A DNA stretch of 64,000 bases from Segetibacter sp. (lineage in GTDB: Bacteria; Bacteroidota; Bacteroidia; Chitinophagales; Chitinophagaceae), in NCBI GenBank assembly GCA_028288485.1, contig JAQBNO010000174.1:59955-123954 (forward strand), given 5' to 3'. Of the stretch, positions 1 through 10,520 are shown piece after piece (within the stretch, counting starts at the first letter, position 1; each line of letters opens with the position of its first letter). The translations under genes were made by a program, and so were the position numbers. Below the pieces are notes generated by a model, which was given only the letters and a program-made list of their open reading frames with translations, did not search any database and was not told the origin of the DNA.

Positions 1-1
1 T

Positions 2-811
2 GGTCATACTACTTTTCATGCCCCCCAATTTAGAATGACAGGACAGTTAGGTGATGGAGCAGCCATTGCAGCTGCTACAGAAATAAATGTTGTAAGCGAC
101 CTGCGGGCAATGGATGTTGCTTTTGGCGGACAGGGAGCACCAATCGTTCCTATTGGTGAAAAGTTGTTGTTTAGCGACTATACGTTGTATCTAAATCTTG
201 GTGGAATTGCCAATCTTTCTTGTAAAACAAAAGTCGGTTATATAGCTTTTGATGTTTGTGCAGCCAACCGTGTCCTCAATCTGCTGGCACAAACTGATGG
301 AAAAGTGTTTGACGATGGTGGCGCTATTGCAGCTTCCGGCAAAGTGTATACTCCTTTATTAACCCGTTTAAATGCGCTTTCTTATTATTCGCTTCCTTAT
401 CCTAAATCGCTTGCCAATAGCTTTGGAACCGACGAAGTGTTTCCCTTGATAAATGCATTTGAGATCTCAAATGCTGATAAATTGCGAACGTATGCAGAGC
501 ATGTAATAATGCAAATCGCTTATTCAATTCAAAAACTTTGCGCAGACAATGAGATACGAAACAGTAAGCTGCTTGTAACCGGAGGCGGTGCTTTTAATAC
601 TTTTGTCGTTCAGCGGCTAACCCAATCGCTTCAGCCTTTGAACGTAGAAGTGGTAGTGCCAGATGCCAAACTTATTAATTATAAGGAAGCACTGGTTATG
701 GGTTTAATTGGTGTATTGCGTTGGCGCGAAGAATACAATGTTTTAGACACAGTTACAGGTGCAATCCGCAGCAGTATTGGTGGTGCGGTATGGATAGGGC
801 AGGAGGCATAA
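2..811 (+). CDS. anmK: anhydro-N-acetylmuramic acid kinase, C-terminal part (5' end lies outside the window)
   Basis: The frame is open from base 2 (GHTTFHAPQF...) and continuous with ORF 35..811. Motifs GQGAPIVP, LNLGGIANL and LLVTGGGAFN are typical of AnmK. Confidence 0.8.
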   Translation, partial: GHTTFHAPQFRMTGQLGDGAAIAAATEINVVSDLRAMDVAFGGQGAPIVPIGEKLLFSDYTLYLNLGGIANLSCKTKVGYIAFDVCAANRVLNLLAQTDGKVFDDGGAIAASGKVYTPLLTRLNALSYYSLPYPKSLANSFGTDEVFPLINAFEISNADKLRTYAEHVIMQIAYSIQKLCADNEIRNSKLLVTGGGAFNTFVVQRLTQSLQPLNVEVVVPDAKLINYKEALVMGLIGVLRWREEYNVLDTVTGAIRSSIGGAVWIGQEA

Positions 812-901
812 CCTGCCGAAGCGCTTGAAGGAGGCTTTAATGCAGAATACAAGGGGCAGTTGTGGATGTTTTTTGGTGCAAGCTGCATCTCTCCGGTTGA
901 A

Positions 902-927
902 CATCGTTGCGTCGCATTCCGTTCATC
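902..927 (+). repeat. core-B repeat copy
   Basis: catcgttgcgtcgcattccgttcatc, preceded by ctccggttga as in the copy at 8471..8506. Confidence 0.7.
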
Positions 928-1077
928 CGCAGTGCCAAAATGTATCTTTTATTATGTTTTGTTCCCTTGAGGTTTGCTTTTAATAATAGGTCTGTTAAAT
1001 GTATTTGTGGGGAGATATTGCAACCTCTCCCTACAAATACAAAGAATCTGTCAGGTTGCGGACAAACGCAATTGCAA

Positions 1078-3897
1078 TTAATTAACAACTTTTCTCACGA
1101 GAACCTCGTTCTTCAACTCAACCTTTACCACCATTGTTCCGCGGGGAAACTTATTTAATGGGATTATGGTAAAACCTCCTCCTGTTGCGGTTTGTTTATT
1201 CAATAATTTACCATCGGTATTATACAAAGAAATAGCTTCTGCATCGCTCGGTATATTTAAGTACAAGTTATTTGCTGATACAAATGCTTTAAAAATATTA
1301 CGACCGTTTTTACTTAAGCGAACTATAGGAGAGTACTTATACTGGCCACTTGCAGAAACTATTTTCAGCCGGTAGAATGTTTCAGCAGCAGTTGTTGCAG
1401 CCACTTTAGTCATATAACTGTTGCTGCTTCTGCGTAGTTTAGCAACGGTTGTAAATGCGGTAGAGAACTCTTCTCCGGCAGAAGTTCTTTTTTCGAGAAC
1501 ATAAATATCACCCGACTCTTCGTTATTTACCTGCCAGGTTAGTTCGTGGAAATTATTCAGCTCCCGGACGGTAAAGCCGGCAAGATGCACCGGTACGGTT
1601 ATATTGCAAAGGCGAAAATCAATTTTAAGGGCTACCATGTTGCAGCCTGTAGAGCCATTATACTTGCTCCATACCCCTGGTGTAGTGGGGAAAAGAACGT
1701 CTCTGCTACAATTGCCACATACTGCCTGGTAAAGCATCCCGTCTTTTGTAAAACGGCTTGTTCCACCATCTACGTGGTCTCCTGATCCGCCATCCTGCCC
1801 GAAGAAGGAACCATATAATTGTGACCCGGCATTTTTTTCAAGAACAAAAAAATAAAAGTCGCTGTTATCGGTTACAGATTTTAAGGCATCGGGAGTAACA
1901 GTTAACCCTGATGTACCTGCAGTTGGATATGCTCCTCTCGTATTCACTTCGCCTCCCCATCCGGATACATACACATTTTCACACCTGTCTACCTGAAAAG
2001 CTATCGGGGAAAGATTGGGATTAGGTGTATTTGTGCCGAATACTGTCGAATATACAAAGTTGGAAAGGTTGGGCAGCAACTTTGCGATAAACTGCTTTCC
2101 GCCGGTTTGAAAAAATCGGGCATTGATAACCGGCCACGTTCCTGTTGTTGTTCCTGTTATATAAGGAAAGCCTAAGTCGTCAAACTGTATGCCGTATAAC
2201 ATGTCGTCACCTTCCGTTCCCAAATAACTTGTTTTTCGTAAAGTACTTCCATCGCTACTTATAATAGAAATAAAACCATCAGTCACTCCTCCCTGGAATT
2301 TTCCATGTAATACAGCCGTTGTATCACCGGCTAAGTATTCGCTGACAGTATTACCCGCAACATAAATATTATTGTTTAACGGATTTACAGCTAATGCAAA
2401 AGCTCCATCAATATTATCGCCGCCAAGAAAGCTGCTGACTAAAATAGCACTTAAATCATTAGTTGCTTTAATAAAAACGCCATCCTGCGATCCTCCTAAA
2501 AGTTTTTGAAACGCACCCGGAGTAGTAGGAAAGTCGAGTGACTGGGTATGTGAAACCAGCAAAATATTGCCTGCATTATCAACTATTACTTCGCTTCTTG
2601 CATCATCTCCATAATTGCGGCGTATACTTATGGTGCTACTGCTTTCGGGATATTTGAGCCTTATGTTTACCCCATCTCTGCCTTTGCCTCCAATCTTTAA
2701 GGAACCTAAAATTGCAGAACCGGCAGAATTTAATTTGGTGAGAACAATATCATAATCTCCGCCGGGCCCGGTTTGCTGTGTAGTTGTTATTGGGTAATCA
2801 GTCGAACTGGTTCTTCCAGCTATTATAAGATTTCCCTGAACGTCTGCAATAATGCTGGATGGCAGCTCATTACCATTGCTTCCTCCGATATAGGTAGCAT
2901 AGATCCTGTTTGTGCCATCGGGACTAAATTTTATAATACCCATATCGAAGCCTCCAATTCCTTCCTCATCATTTGCGCCGGCGTTATAGGTTGAATCGAA
3001 AGCCCCGGTACTGGTAGGAAAACCATTATTAAAAACAATACCTCCGGCAAAGAAACTTCCGTCCGGAGCATAAGTAGCTGTATGTCCCCAGTTGTCGGCC
3101 GTACTTCCGGTGAAAGTAGAAAACACCAGTGTCGGGTCTATTACCAGTGTTTGGTTTTTTGAATAGTTGGCTACATCGAATTTTACTGTATTGCCTGATA
3201 CTTTGAACTTGCAACCGATCTCCTTTTGTTTGCCATTTTCGAGCTGGTACGAGAAAGGCGCCAGCTCTTTTGTATTTCCGGCAGAAGTTTTTACAACCAA
3301 TTCGCTATTGTTTATTTCCAGTCCATCCACCCCGGTATACATGAGGGCAATATCATTTACATTGCCACCTGGTTTTACAACAATATCATATTTAATTTTT
3401 CCACTGGCTGTGTAATACCTTACATCAACATTAGGATAGATATTTTTATAGCTGACAGCTTTGTAAATTTTACAATTTGCTGCCCATTTTGACGGGTCAT
3501 TTCCAATAAAATAATTATTGTAAGTTGCTGTTTGTTCTTCTCCAACAAGCTGAGCATTACCGGCGTTTACAAAAGCTGCTTCATAGGCATGCGACCTCAG
3601 GGTAAGCTTGCGTGAAGTGCCGGCCAAAGAAGAACCACGATCAGCGGTTGATGTAGATGCTGCGCCGTGGTTGAATTCAGAAATTTTCTGCAGGTCATAG
3701 GCGTTGTGTTGAAGAACAGTAAACCCTGTTTTTGTAAGAAAAAATGAGCCGTTTTGCATTTCTCCTTTAAACCTGACTTTTGTATCCCACTGGCCTTTAT
3801 TTTCAATAAAAAGGAGATTAGAGGATTCTTGTGAATAGCATCGTAAACAAATTAACGACAGGGTAGTAACATAAATTAAGGGTAGAAATTTTTTCAA
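1078..3897 (-). CDS. secreted beta-propeller (SBBP-like) repeat protein with a T9SS-type C-terminal sorting domain
   Basis: 939 aa with an N-terminal signal peptide (MKKFLPLIYVTTLSLICLRCYSQ). FIENKGQWD start motif, repeated G/S/T-rich propeller-like units, and a C-terminal ~80 aa beta-sandwich tail (..LYLNIPSDAEAISLYNTDGKLL..VKVEL) like Por secretion tails. Confidence 0.7.
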   Translation of the reverse strand: MKKFLPLIYVTTLSLICLRCYSQESSNLLFIENKGQWDTKVRFKGEMQNGSFFLTKTGFTVLQHNAYDLQKISEFNHGAASTSTADRGSSLAGTSRKLTLRSHAYEAAFVNAGNAQLVGEEQTATYNNYFIGNDPSKWAANCKIYKAVSYKNIYPNVDVRYYTASGKIKYDIVVKPGGNVNDIALMYTGVDGLEINNSELVVKTSAGNTKELAPFSYQLENGKQKEIGCKFKVSGNTVKFDVANYSKNQTLVIDPTLVFSTFTGSTADNWGHTATYAPDGSFFAGGIVFNNGFPTSTGAFDSTYNAGANDEEGIGGFDMGIIKFSPDGTNRIYATYIGGSNGNELPSSIIADVQGNLIIAGRTSSTDYPITTTQQTGPGGDYDIVLTKLNSAGSAILGSLKIGGKGRDGVNIRLKYPESSSTISIRRNYGDDARSEVIVDNAGNILLVSHTQSLDFPTTPGAFQKLLGGSQDGVFIKATNDLSAILVSSFLGGDNIDGAFALAVNPLNNNIYVAGNTVSEYLAGDTTAVLHGKFQGGVTDGFISIISSDGSTLRKTSYLGTEGDDMLYGIQFDDLGFPYITGTTTGTWPVINARFFQTGGKQFIAKLLPNLSNFVYSTVFGTNTPNPNLSPIAFQVDRCENVYVSGWGGEVNTRGAYPTAGTSGLTVTPDALKSVTDNSDFYFFVLEKNAGSQLYGSFFGQDGGSGDHVDGGTSRFTKDGMLYQAVCGNCSRDVLFPTTPGVWSKYNGSTGCNMVALKIDFRLCNITVPVHLAGFTVRELNNFHELTWQVNNEESGDIYVLEKRTSAGEEFSTAFTTVAKLRRSSNSYMTKVAATTAAETFYRLKIVSASGQYKYSPIVRLSKNGRNIFKAFVSANNLYLNIPSDAEAISLYNTDGKLLNKQTATGGGFTIIPLNKFPRGTMVVKVELKNEVLVRKVVN

Positions 3898-3967
3898 GGT
3901 TGTATTTTTTTTAAAAACTACAACTTTTGTCGGAGCTAGAAGTTAAAAAATAAACACGTGATCGACA

Positions 3968-5482
3968 TTATTTAAACTGCGCAGTTTGTTTAACCATGTT
4001 TATAATTGTTTTGTCTAATTGTTCTGCAGACGTTTTAATATGCTCAATTATTGTAAGGTTTGCAGCACTTAATGGATCTTCTTTATCTAAAACATTCACT
4101 AATCCTAAAATATTTGCCAGCGGCACTCTAACCTGGTGAGAGGTGATAAAAGCAATTTGTTTTAGCTGTTCATTCTGCTGTTCAATTTTTTTCTCGTGCA
4201 ACTTTCTTTCTGTAATGTTGTGTAGAAAACATCCCACACCTATTACCTTTTTGTCAGCACTATAAATCGGGTTGAAGCGTACAGTGGTAAAGTGACAGCT
4301 GTTTTCAATTACTAAATCCATATCAATTGAAAACTTTTCACCTTGTAAAGCTCTTTCATACAAGGTTTTCCATTTCTTAACATGCTCGCTTCCCTGCTGC
4401 TCATTCAACGCTACTTTACCAATCCAGAGGTCCTCCCGGAATAACTGGCAATAAGCTTTTTGGTAAGGTTCGTTATAAATGGAATACCTGAAATTATTAT
4501 CGATCGACCATATAAAATCTTCGGTATTGTTTATTAAAGCAAGCAGCTTTTGCTGGTTTTGCGCTATTTGTATCTCAGCTTCTTTTTCGTTTGTAATGTC
4601 CCTGAAAAAAACAGATAAGCCGCTCTCATATGGATAGGCCGATATCCTGTACCAGCTATTTGTTCTCTTATCAAAGTTTTCAAAATGGATAGTTGTTTGG
4701 GTCTCTATTGCAAGCATATACTGGCGATAGGGAAGGGAGGATTTGAAGCCGGGAAAAAGATCATATATTTTTTTCCCGGTAACCTCTTCTACAGGAACTT
4801 GCACCAGTTTTTCAAATTGTTCATTTGCTTTTTCTATCGTGAAAGCATTACTGATTATAAAAAAGCCATCCGTAATACTGTTTAAAATAGTTTTTAATTG
4901 ATTTTCCCTTTGAGTAATTTCAGTTTTTGCTTTTTGAAGTTCTGTTATATCGTGCGTAGACAAAAGACACGATGCTATATTTTTATAAATAATCTCCCTT
5001 TTGTTCTCCTGGCAAATGATAATGTCGTTATTCTTTTTTTTATGTTCATACATGTTACCGGTTCCGTCTCTCAAAACCCTGTACTTCTCGCTCGTGTCCG
5101 ACCGTACATCATTCAACGACATTTCATTAAATTCCTGGGCAGAATAACCATAAGTTTCTAAAGCAGCCTTATTTACATCGAAAAATTTTTCGGTTTGCAA
5201 GTTGAAAATAAGCATTGGGTTTGGAGTATAATAGAAAAGATCTTTATACTCTTCCTGCGATTGAATTAACTTCTTATTCGCAGATTTAGTCATGAGATGA
5301 ATAAGAACTGTGACACTTAAAACAAAAAAAGATCCCTTAACAGTTTGTATGTAAGTAAATTCTGATAATGATAATTTTTTTTGAAGAGAAAGGAAAAACT
5401 GGTCGCTGAAAACGATCCACAAGATACCAATAACCATAAAAGTAAGTGGGATCTGCACCTCGGACCTCTTGAAATATCTCAT
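3968..5482 (-). CDS. membrane-anchored multi-PAS sensor ending in a DHp (HisKA-like) helix with no ATPase domain
   Basis: 504 aa with two N-terminal TM helices and PAS-like blocks. H-box-like ITSHQVRVPLANILGL lies 60 aa from the stop. No N, G1 or G2 boxes follow it. Confidence 0.7.
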   Translation of the reverse strand: MRYFKRSEVQIPLTFMVIGILWIVFSDQFFLSLQKKLSLSEFTYIQTVKGSFFVLSVTVLIHLMTKSANKKLIQSQEEYKDLFYYTPNPMLIFNLQTEKFFDVNKAALETYGYSAQEFNEMSLNDVRSDTSEKYRVLRDGTGNMYEHKKKNNDIIICQENKREIIYKNIASCLLSTHDITELQKAKTEITQRENQLKTILNSITDGFFIISNAFTIEKANEQFEKLVQVPVEEVTGKKIYDLFPGFKSSLPYRQYMLAIETQTTIHFENFDKRTNSWYRISAYPYESGLSVFFRDITNEKEAEIQIAQNQQKLLALINNTEDFIWSIDNNFRYSIYNEPYQKAYCQLFREDLWIGKVALNEQQGSEHVKKWKTLYERALQGEKFSIDMDLVIENSCHFTTVRFNPIYSADKKVIGVGCFLHNITERKLHEKKIEQQNEQLKQIAFITSHQVRVPLANILGLVNVLDKEDPLSAANLTIIEHIKTSAEQLDKTIINMVKQTAQFK

Positions 5483-5588
5483 AAACCGAAGATAGTTTCT
5501 GTACAGTTATGAGGCATGTGGAAACTACCTAGGAAATGTACGCTTTTGGTCTTCGATCCATTAATATTCAACAATTTATCAAACTTAG

Positions 5589-7250
5589 CTACTGCATAGG
5601 GTCAATAAATCTAAAAGTGTCGCCATCGAACAAACCTTTATCACTCAGCTTTAAATGCGGGATTACTAAAAGCGCCATGAACGAAAGGGTCATAAAGGGA
5701 GCAGATAATGTACACCCAAGACCTTTGGCCATTTTATCAATGGCTGTATATCTTTGTGCAACTTCATAACCGTTCTTATCATTCATTAGTCCTGCTACAG
5801 GTAACCCCAAAACCATTGAATCTTCCTCGCTAACACAACTTACTCCGCCTTTTTCATTTATTACCAGGTTTACCGCTTTGCAAATGCTTTCATCATCTGC
5901 ACCTACTGCAATAATATTATGACTGTCATGTGCAACAGTTGAAGCAATAGCACCTTTTTTTAAACCGAAGTTTTTAATCCAACCAATTGCGATGGGTGCT
6001 TTTTTATAACGGTTAATTACCGTGATTTTTAAAATGTCTTCATCTAAATTTGGTTGCAATAATCTATCTTCCTTTAAAAGAGAGCCTATTGGAACTGTAA
6101 GTTTTTTAGTGATTAGTTGTCCATCCAGGGCTTCAATTACACATATTTTATCCTGTTCAATATGGCTAGCGCGTACCTTGAAATCGTGGGGAGTTGTAAG
6201 GTCGCAATCAAATCGGTTAATGATTCCAGCAGGAACAGATGATATCTTTGTTACTCCTTTGTCCGCTACCAATTTACCATCGACGTAAGTCTGTGAAATG
6301 TTGAATTCCTTTAGGTCTTCAGCAATTATAAAATCGGCCGCATCTCCTATTTGAAGTAGTCCCACGTTTAATTTATAATGTATCACCGGATTGATGCAGG
6401 CCGCTTCCAAAACTTTGAACACATCAATTCCCTTTGCAACGCCTCGTGCACAAAGTTTATTAATATGACCTTCAACCAGGCTGTCCGGGTGCTTGTCATC
6501 GCTGCAAAACATCATATTGGCAGAATGGTCGTGAAGCAGGTCGGCAAGTGCTTCAAAATTTTTAGCTGCACTTCCTTCCCTGATAAGAATTTTCATTCCA
6601 AGCCCTAGTTTATCAAGTGCTTCTTCTGCCGTAAAACATTCGTGATCGGTACTTATTCCAGCGTCTATATACTGCTTTGCCTGCTCACCACGCAAACCGG
6701 GAGCGTGGCCATCTACCGGTTTATTTATTTTTTTGGCGGCAGCAATTTTCTTCAAAACATCTTCATCTTTAAATAAAACACCCGGAAAGTTCATCATTTC
6801 GCTCAGGTACTTTATTTCTTTCCGTTGAAGCAATTTCTCAACATCGTCGGCATTTAATTCTGCGCCTGCTGTTTCGAAGATGGTTGCAGGTACACAACTG
6901 GGAGCACCAAAATTAAATTTAAATGGCACTTGTTTTCCGTTGTCGATCATGTATTCAACACCTTCGACCCCGCAAACATTTGCAATCTCGTGAGGGTCGC
7001 TTACCGTTGCAACTGTACCGTGAACTACCGCTATTTTCGCAAATTCACTTGGTATCAGCATGCTGCTTTCAATATGAACATGACTATCAATGAAACCCGG
7101 CAGTATGAAACCAGTCGTTTCGATTCCGTCAGTAAGTTCTTCGATCGTTTTTATTTTTCCATTTTCTACCTTAACCTCTGCGGCAAAAATTCTTTTGTTG
7201 AAGATATCTACCAACCTGCCTTTTACCGAAAATGAATGATTAGCGTCCAT
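5589..7250 (-). CDS. ade: adenine deaminase
   Basis: 553 aa. Amidohydrolase metal motif [28 protein letters not shown] and DGHAPGL are typical of the Ade family. Confidence 0.85.
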   Translation of the reverse strand: MDANHSFSVKGRLVDIFNKRIFAAEVKVENGKIKTIEELTDGIETTGFILPGFIDSHVHIESSMLIPSEFAKIAVVHGTVATVSDPHEIANVCGVEGVEYMIDNGKQVPFKFNFGAPSCVPATIFETAGAELNADDVEKLLQRKEIKYLSEMMNFPGVLFKDEDVLKKIAAAKKINKPVDGHAPGLRGEQAKQYIDAGISTDHECFTAEEALDKLGLGMKILIREGSAAKNFEALADLLHDHSANMMFCSDDKHPDSLVEGHINKLCARGVAKGIDVFKVLEAACINPVIHYKLNVGLLQIGDAADFIIAEDLKEFNISQTYVDGKLVADKGVTKISSVPAGIINRFDCDLTTPHDFKVRASHIEQDKICVIEALDGQLITKKLTVPIGSLLKEDRLLQPNLDEDILKITVINRYKKAPIAIGWIKNFGLKKGAIASTVAHDSHNIIAVGADDESICKAVNLVINEKGGVSCVSEEDSMVLGLPVAGLMNDKNGYEVAQRYTAIDKMAKGLGCTLSAPFMTLSFMALLVIPHLKLSDKGLFDGDTFRFIDPMQ

Positions 7251-7332
7251 AGTATAAAGTTGATTTAAAATTCTGCGCCGAAAAGGGTTGCTTTACTTAG
7301 TCCTCTATTTTTGAACGAATAATTTACCCGTT

Positions 7333-8133
7333 ATGAAAAAAGCTTCTTTATTCTTGTTACTGTTGGTTTTTGCAGCCACTGGTTTTTCGCAAACTGCCGA
7401 CGAGGTTATTAATAAATTCGTTGCCGCGTCAGGTGGAAAAGAAAAGTTGAATGCAATAAACACTTTACAATATTCGCAAACAATTAGTATGAAAACGCCA
7501 ATGGGCGATTTTTCTGTTCCACTAAAGTTTTACAGGGAAAGAAATAAACTGTTTCGCTTACAGGCTTCTATGCAATTCGGCCCGCAAAGTCTTGAGTTTT
7601 TTACCCTTGTTACCGATACCGCCGGTTATATGATGCTGCCTGCAATGCCGATGTTAGGTTCTGAAGGTGGATTGAAAAAAATGGAAGAAAAAGACAGGGC
7701 ATTACAAACTTTTCAGTTTGATGCAGCAGGTTTGTTTGCAGGGCTCGTTGACTATTCTGCAAAAGGAAATAAAGCAGAATTCGTGAAAGAGGAAAAAGTA
7801 GTCAACGAGGATTGTTATGTTATTAAGTTGACTTCGAAGACGGGAGATGAAACCACTTATTTTATCAGCAAGTCGACTAGCCTCGTTGTGAGAACCGATG
7901 TAAAAGGTGGAATGGCGGCAAATATGACTGGGCTGGGAGGAATGATGGGTGATATGGGAAGCAAGGCAGAAAACACAGAAGTAATTATTTTGTATTCAGA
8001 TTACCGGGACGTAAAAGGTGTAAAGTTTCCGTCGAAGGCAGTTATCAAAAACCAGATGGGGGATGCCGAAAGCCAGTTTACAGATATTAAAATAAATGAA
8101 CCAATCGAGGCCAAATGGTACAGGGCTGGGTAA
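7333..8133 (+). CDS. LolA-like outer-membrane lipoprotein-sorting family protein (secreted)
   Basis: 266 aa with signal peptide MKKASLFLLLLVFAATGFSQ. Overall pattern matches LolA-fold periplasmic proteins. Family assignment is tentative. Confidence 0.5.
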   Translation: MKKASLFLLLLVFAATGFSQTADEVINKFVAASGGKEKLNAINTLQYSQTISMKTPMGDFSVPLKFYRERNKLFRLQASMQFGPQSLEFFTLVTDTAGYMMLPAMPMLGSEGGLKKMEEKDRALQTFQFDAAGLFAGLVDYSAKGNKAEFVKEEKVVNEDCYVIKLTSKTGDETTYFISKSTSLVVRTDVKGGMAANMTGLGGMMGDMGSKAENTEVIILYSDYRDVKGVKFPSKAVIKNQMGDAESQFTDIKINEPIEAKWYRAG

Positions 8134-8188
8134 TTTTTTGTAGACACGTAAGGCATTGTGTCTCTACAAAACTCGCACCGATTAAAAT

Positions 8189-8220
8189 AAATAAAGCCCT
8201 TTGTGCAGGGCTTTATTTAT
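8189..8220 (+). terminator. hairpin terminator downstream of 7333..8133
   Basis: Perfect 12-bp arms aaataaagccct/agggctttattt with a 6-nt loop and a T-rich tail. Confidence 0.5.
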
Positions 8221-8454
8221 AAGGAAGTTAATATAAACATACAAACTTTGCGAATATTATTCCTTGGAAATAGGTTAGAAACGGCCATTAATTTACCAAA
8301 GCAAATATCAATGCTTGTACAACAAAAGCTTGCCCAATTTGGATTAACAAATACCCGAAAAAGACAAACTCTAATTTTACAAACTCCACTGATTCGACCT
8401 GTTTTTTTCAGGGAAGTTTAAAGAGCCCGTAATTTTTCTGGTGAGGACTAGTGT

Positions 8455-8592
8455 GGCTTCCGGCTTTACCGCTCCGGTTGATCATCGTTGCTACGCTCAG
8501 TTCAACTTTTCGGTTATGAATTGAACTGAACACAGCAGTTTTTACCCAGAGCTTGCCGAAGGGTAGCCTAAGCAAAGCCCAAGGGTGGCAAT
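8455..8592 (+). repeat. composite intergenic repeat element (core-B copy at 8483..8506 plus the CAGTTTTTACCC..CCGAAGGGTA module at 8536..8572)
   Basis: Shares the ordered modules ttccggct / catcgttgc.acgctc / cagtttttaccc.ga.c.t.ccgaagggta.c.taag with 35409..35543. Internal stem cagttcaa/ttgaactg. Confidence 0.7.
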
Positions 8593-8703
8593 ACCTTCAT
8601 GTGACTGCTTTAATTTGCCTCGGTTTTAATTACGAAATATTAACTTTTATTGCTCCTGTTAAGCAAAACTGAAATTCTTCTGAGTATCGTCTGTAAAAAA
8701 CAA

Positions 8704-8735
8704 ACCCCGCTCGTCGCGGGGTCAATTTTTTCTGT
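8704..8735. terminator. bidirectional GC hairpin terminator, probably ending the trmD transcript
   Basis: ccccgc-tcgtc-gcgggg, flanked by an A-run on one side and a T-run on the other. Confidence 0.5.
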
Positions 8736-8959
8736 TTTCCTTTAGCTTAATGGTTTTTCAAGGTTTGGAAAATAGAACGTTCCTGTTTTACGAGGAACTT
8801 AAGTAGTTGGTTTTTCAGAAATTGGATAAAAACGGGGCTTTTTCATAATTGGATCTCAAAAGGGGTACGGGATAATTAACAAGTCAAAAATACAAGCTGG
8901 CGGTCGTTCAATCGATGTGTTAAAGGTTTTATAATGTCCGAATCGGACAAACGTTTTCC

Positions 8960-9640
8960 TTATTCTTCTTCGAGTATATCTGGTCTTCTTTCTTTTGTTC
9001 TTTGCAGCGATTGCTGGTGCCGCCATTCATCCACTTTTTTTGGGTCTCCCGCTAATAAAACTTCGGGTACTTTCCATCCTTTAAATTCAGCGGGCCTTGT
9101 ATAAACCGGCGGTGCCAGTAAATTGTCCTGGAAAGAGTCGAAAAGAGCGGAAGTTTCATTACTTAAAACGCCAGGTATCAACCTTCCTATCGCATCTACT
9201 ACCACCGCTGCAGCCAGTTCACCGCCACTTAGTACATAGTCTCCAATCGAGATCTCCATGGTTATATAATGCTCGCGAATGCGCTCATCAATTCCTTTGT
9301 AATGCCCGCAAATAATCAACAGGTTTTCTTTTAACGATAACTTATTAGCGGTTTTCTGGTTAAACTGGTTGCCATCGGGAGTCATATAAATGATCTCATC
9401 GTATTTCTGTGTTTCCTGTAATTGATCAATTGCGTCGGCCAGCGGCTGGCACATCATTACCATTCCGGCACCACCACCAAACTGGTAATCATCTACCTGT
9501 TTTTGTTTACTGGTGCTGTAATCCCTGAGATTGATCACATTAACTTCAAATAATCCTTTTTCTTTTGCTCTTTTTAATATCGAATGAGAAAAGGGGCTTT
9601 CAAGCAAGGCGGGAACTACACTAAGGATATCAATCTTCAT
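8960..9640 (-). CDS. trmD: tRNA (guanine37-N1)-methyltransferase
   Basis: 226 aa. [10 protein letters not shown].. start, [13 protein letters not shown] and [12 protein letters not shown] motifs are classic TrmD. Confidence 0.9.
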   Translation of the reverse strand: MKIDILSVVPALLESPFSHSILKRAKEKGLFEVNVINLRDYSTSKQKQVDDYQFGGGAGMVMMCQPLADAIDQLQETQKYDEIIYMTPDGNQFNQKTANKLSLKENLLIICGHYKGIDERIREHYITMEISIGDYVLSGGELAAAVVVDAIGRLIPGVLSNETSALFDSFQDNLLAPPVYTRPAEFKGWKVPEVLLAGDPKKVDEWRHQQSLQRTKERRPDILEEE

Positions 9641-9661
9641 GCGGCAAAAGTACTATTTATC

Positions 9662-10103
9662 TCACTCCGCATCAACCTGGAATGTTCTGTACGGTAAACG
9701 CCTGGAAAAAGACTTTGCTTCCATTTTGTTCTGCAGCGATCCACTTGGGACCTTCTTAATTACGCGAACAGCTTCTTCACCCGGTTCCGGGTGGACTTCA
9801 CTGGCATCATGGCCTAATACATCGGCGCACGACACCAGTTGTGTCAACGATAAAATGTACAATTGCCGTTTGTTGTGCCGTTTTTCCTTTTCGTTTAAGC
9901 TCGATGTATTTTGATCCCTGGTTGGCATTCAAGTTATTTTCCAGGTACTTTGTCCATCCCTCCGCTCCTCCGGGAAATCTTGCTTCCTTTTCTACTTTCG
10001 TCAGTATTTGCTTATAGTTCCGCCTGCAGCATATTGGCTTCAGAAGCAGCAGTTAAGGGAAGAAATACAATAGCAACAACTGCGACAAATTTATCTTATT
10101 CAT
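9662..10103 (-). pseudogene. decayed small TonB-C-terminal-domain-like periplasmic protein gene
   Basis: The ATG at 10103 gives MNKINLSQLLLLYFFP, then an in-frame TAA. The same frame continues ..TKVEKEARFPGGAEGWTKYLENNLNAN..TAIVHFIVDTTGVV. The C-terminal part (..EEAVRVIKK..LPYRTFQV) lies in another frame (ORF 9662..9928). Confidence 0.5.
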
Positions 10104-10113
10104 TTGTTTTATT

Positions 10114-10506
10114 TCAAGCGTCTTCAACGAAATCATCCAGGTCTCTTCTTTCTTTTTTAGTAGGACGTCCTATTTTACTTAGCCGTTTTCCCGTATGGAA
10201 AGATGTGGCCTGGGATTTAACCGGTTCCAGTTCTTCAGACGGAGTAAGGTCTATATAATATTTAATTGCCTCAGCGTATTGAACCCGGTTTGAAAGCAGC
10301 CCTGTAACTTTAATGATCCATTTCCGGGCTTCCGTTTTTATTTCATATTCGTCTCCTACGGTTACCGCTTTGGACGCTTTTACCGAATCGCCCTTTAATT
10401 TCACCCGGCCTTTTTCACACGCCTCCGATGCGAGGCTTCTTGTCTTATAAACCCGTATTGCCCACAGGTATTTGTCTATTCGTAATTTTTCTTTCTGTTC
10501 AGCCAT
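10114..10506 (-). CDS. hslR: S4-domain RNA-binding heat-shock protein 15-like
   Basis: 130 aa. LRIDKYLWAIRVYKTRSLASEACEKGRVKLKG is the S4/Hsp15 signature, followed by a basic C-terminal tail. Confidence 0.75.
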   Translation of the reverse strand: MAEQKEKLRIDKYLWAIRVYKTRSLASEACEKGRVKLKGDSVKASKAVTVGDEYEIKTEARKWIIKVTGLLSNRVQYAEAIKYYIDLTPSEELEPVKSQATSFHTGKRLSKIGRPTKKERRDLDDFVEDA

Positions 10507-10520
10507 GTTCTTCCAGCTTT

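Noticed and set aside
8203-8421. 72-aa plus-strand ORF in the long gene-free region
   Set aside because: It starts inside a terminator hairpin. It has no plausible translation signal or motif, and an AT-rich low-complexity composition. It is probably non-coding.
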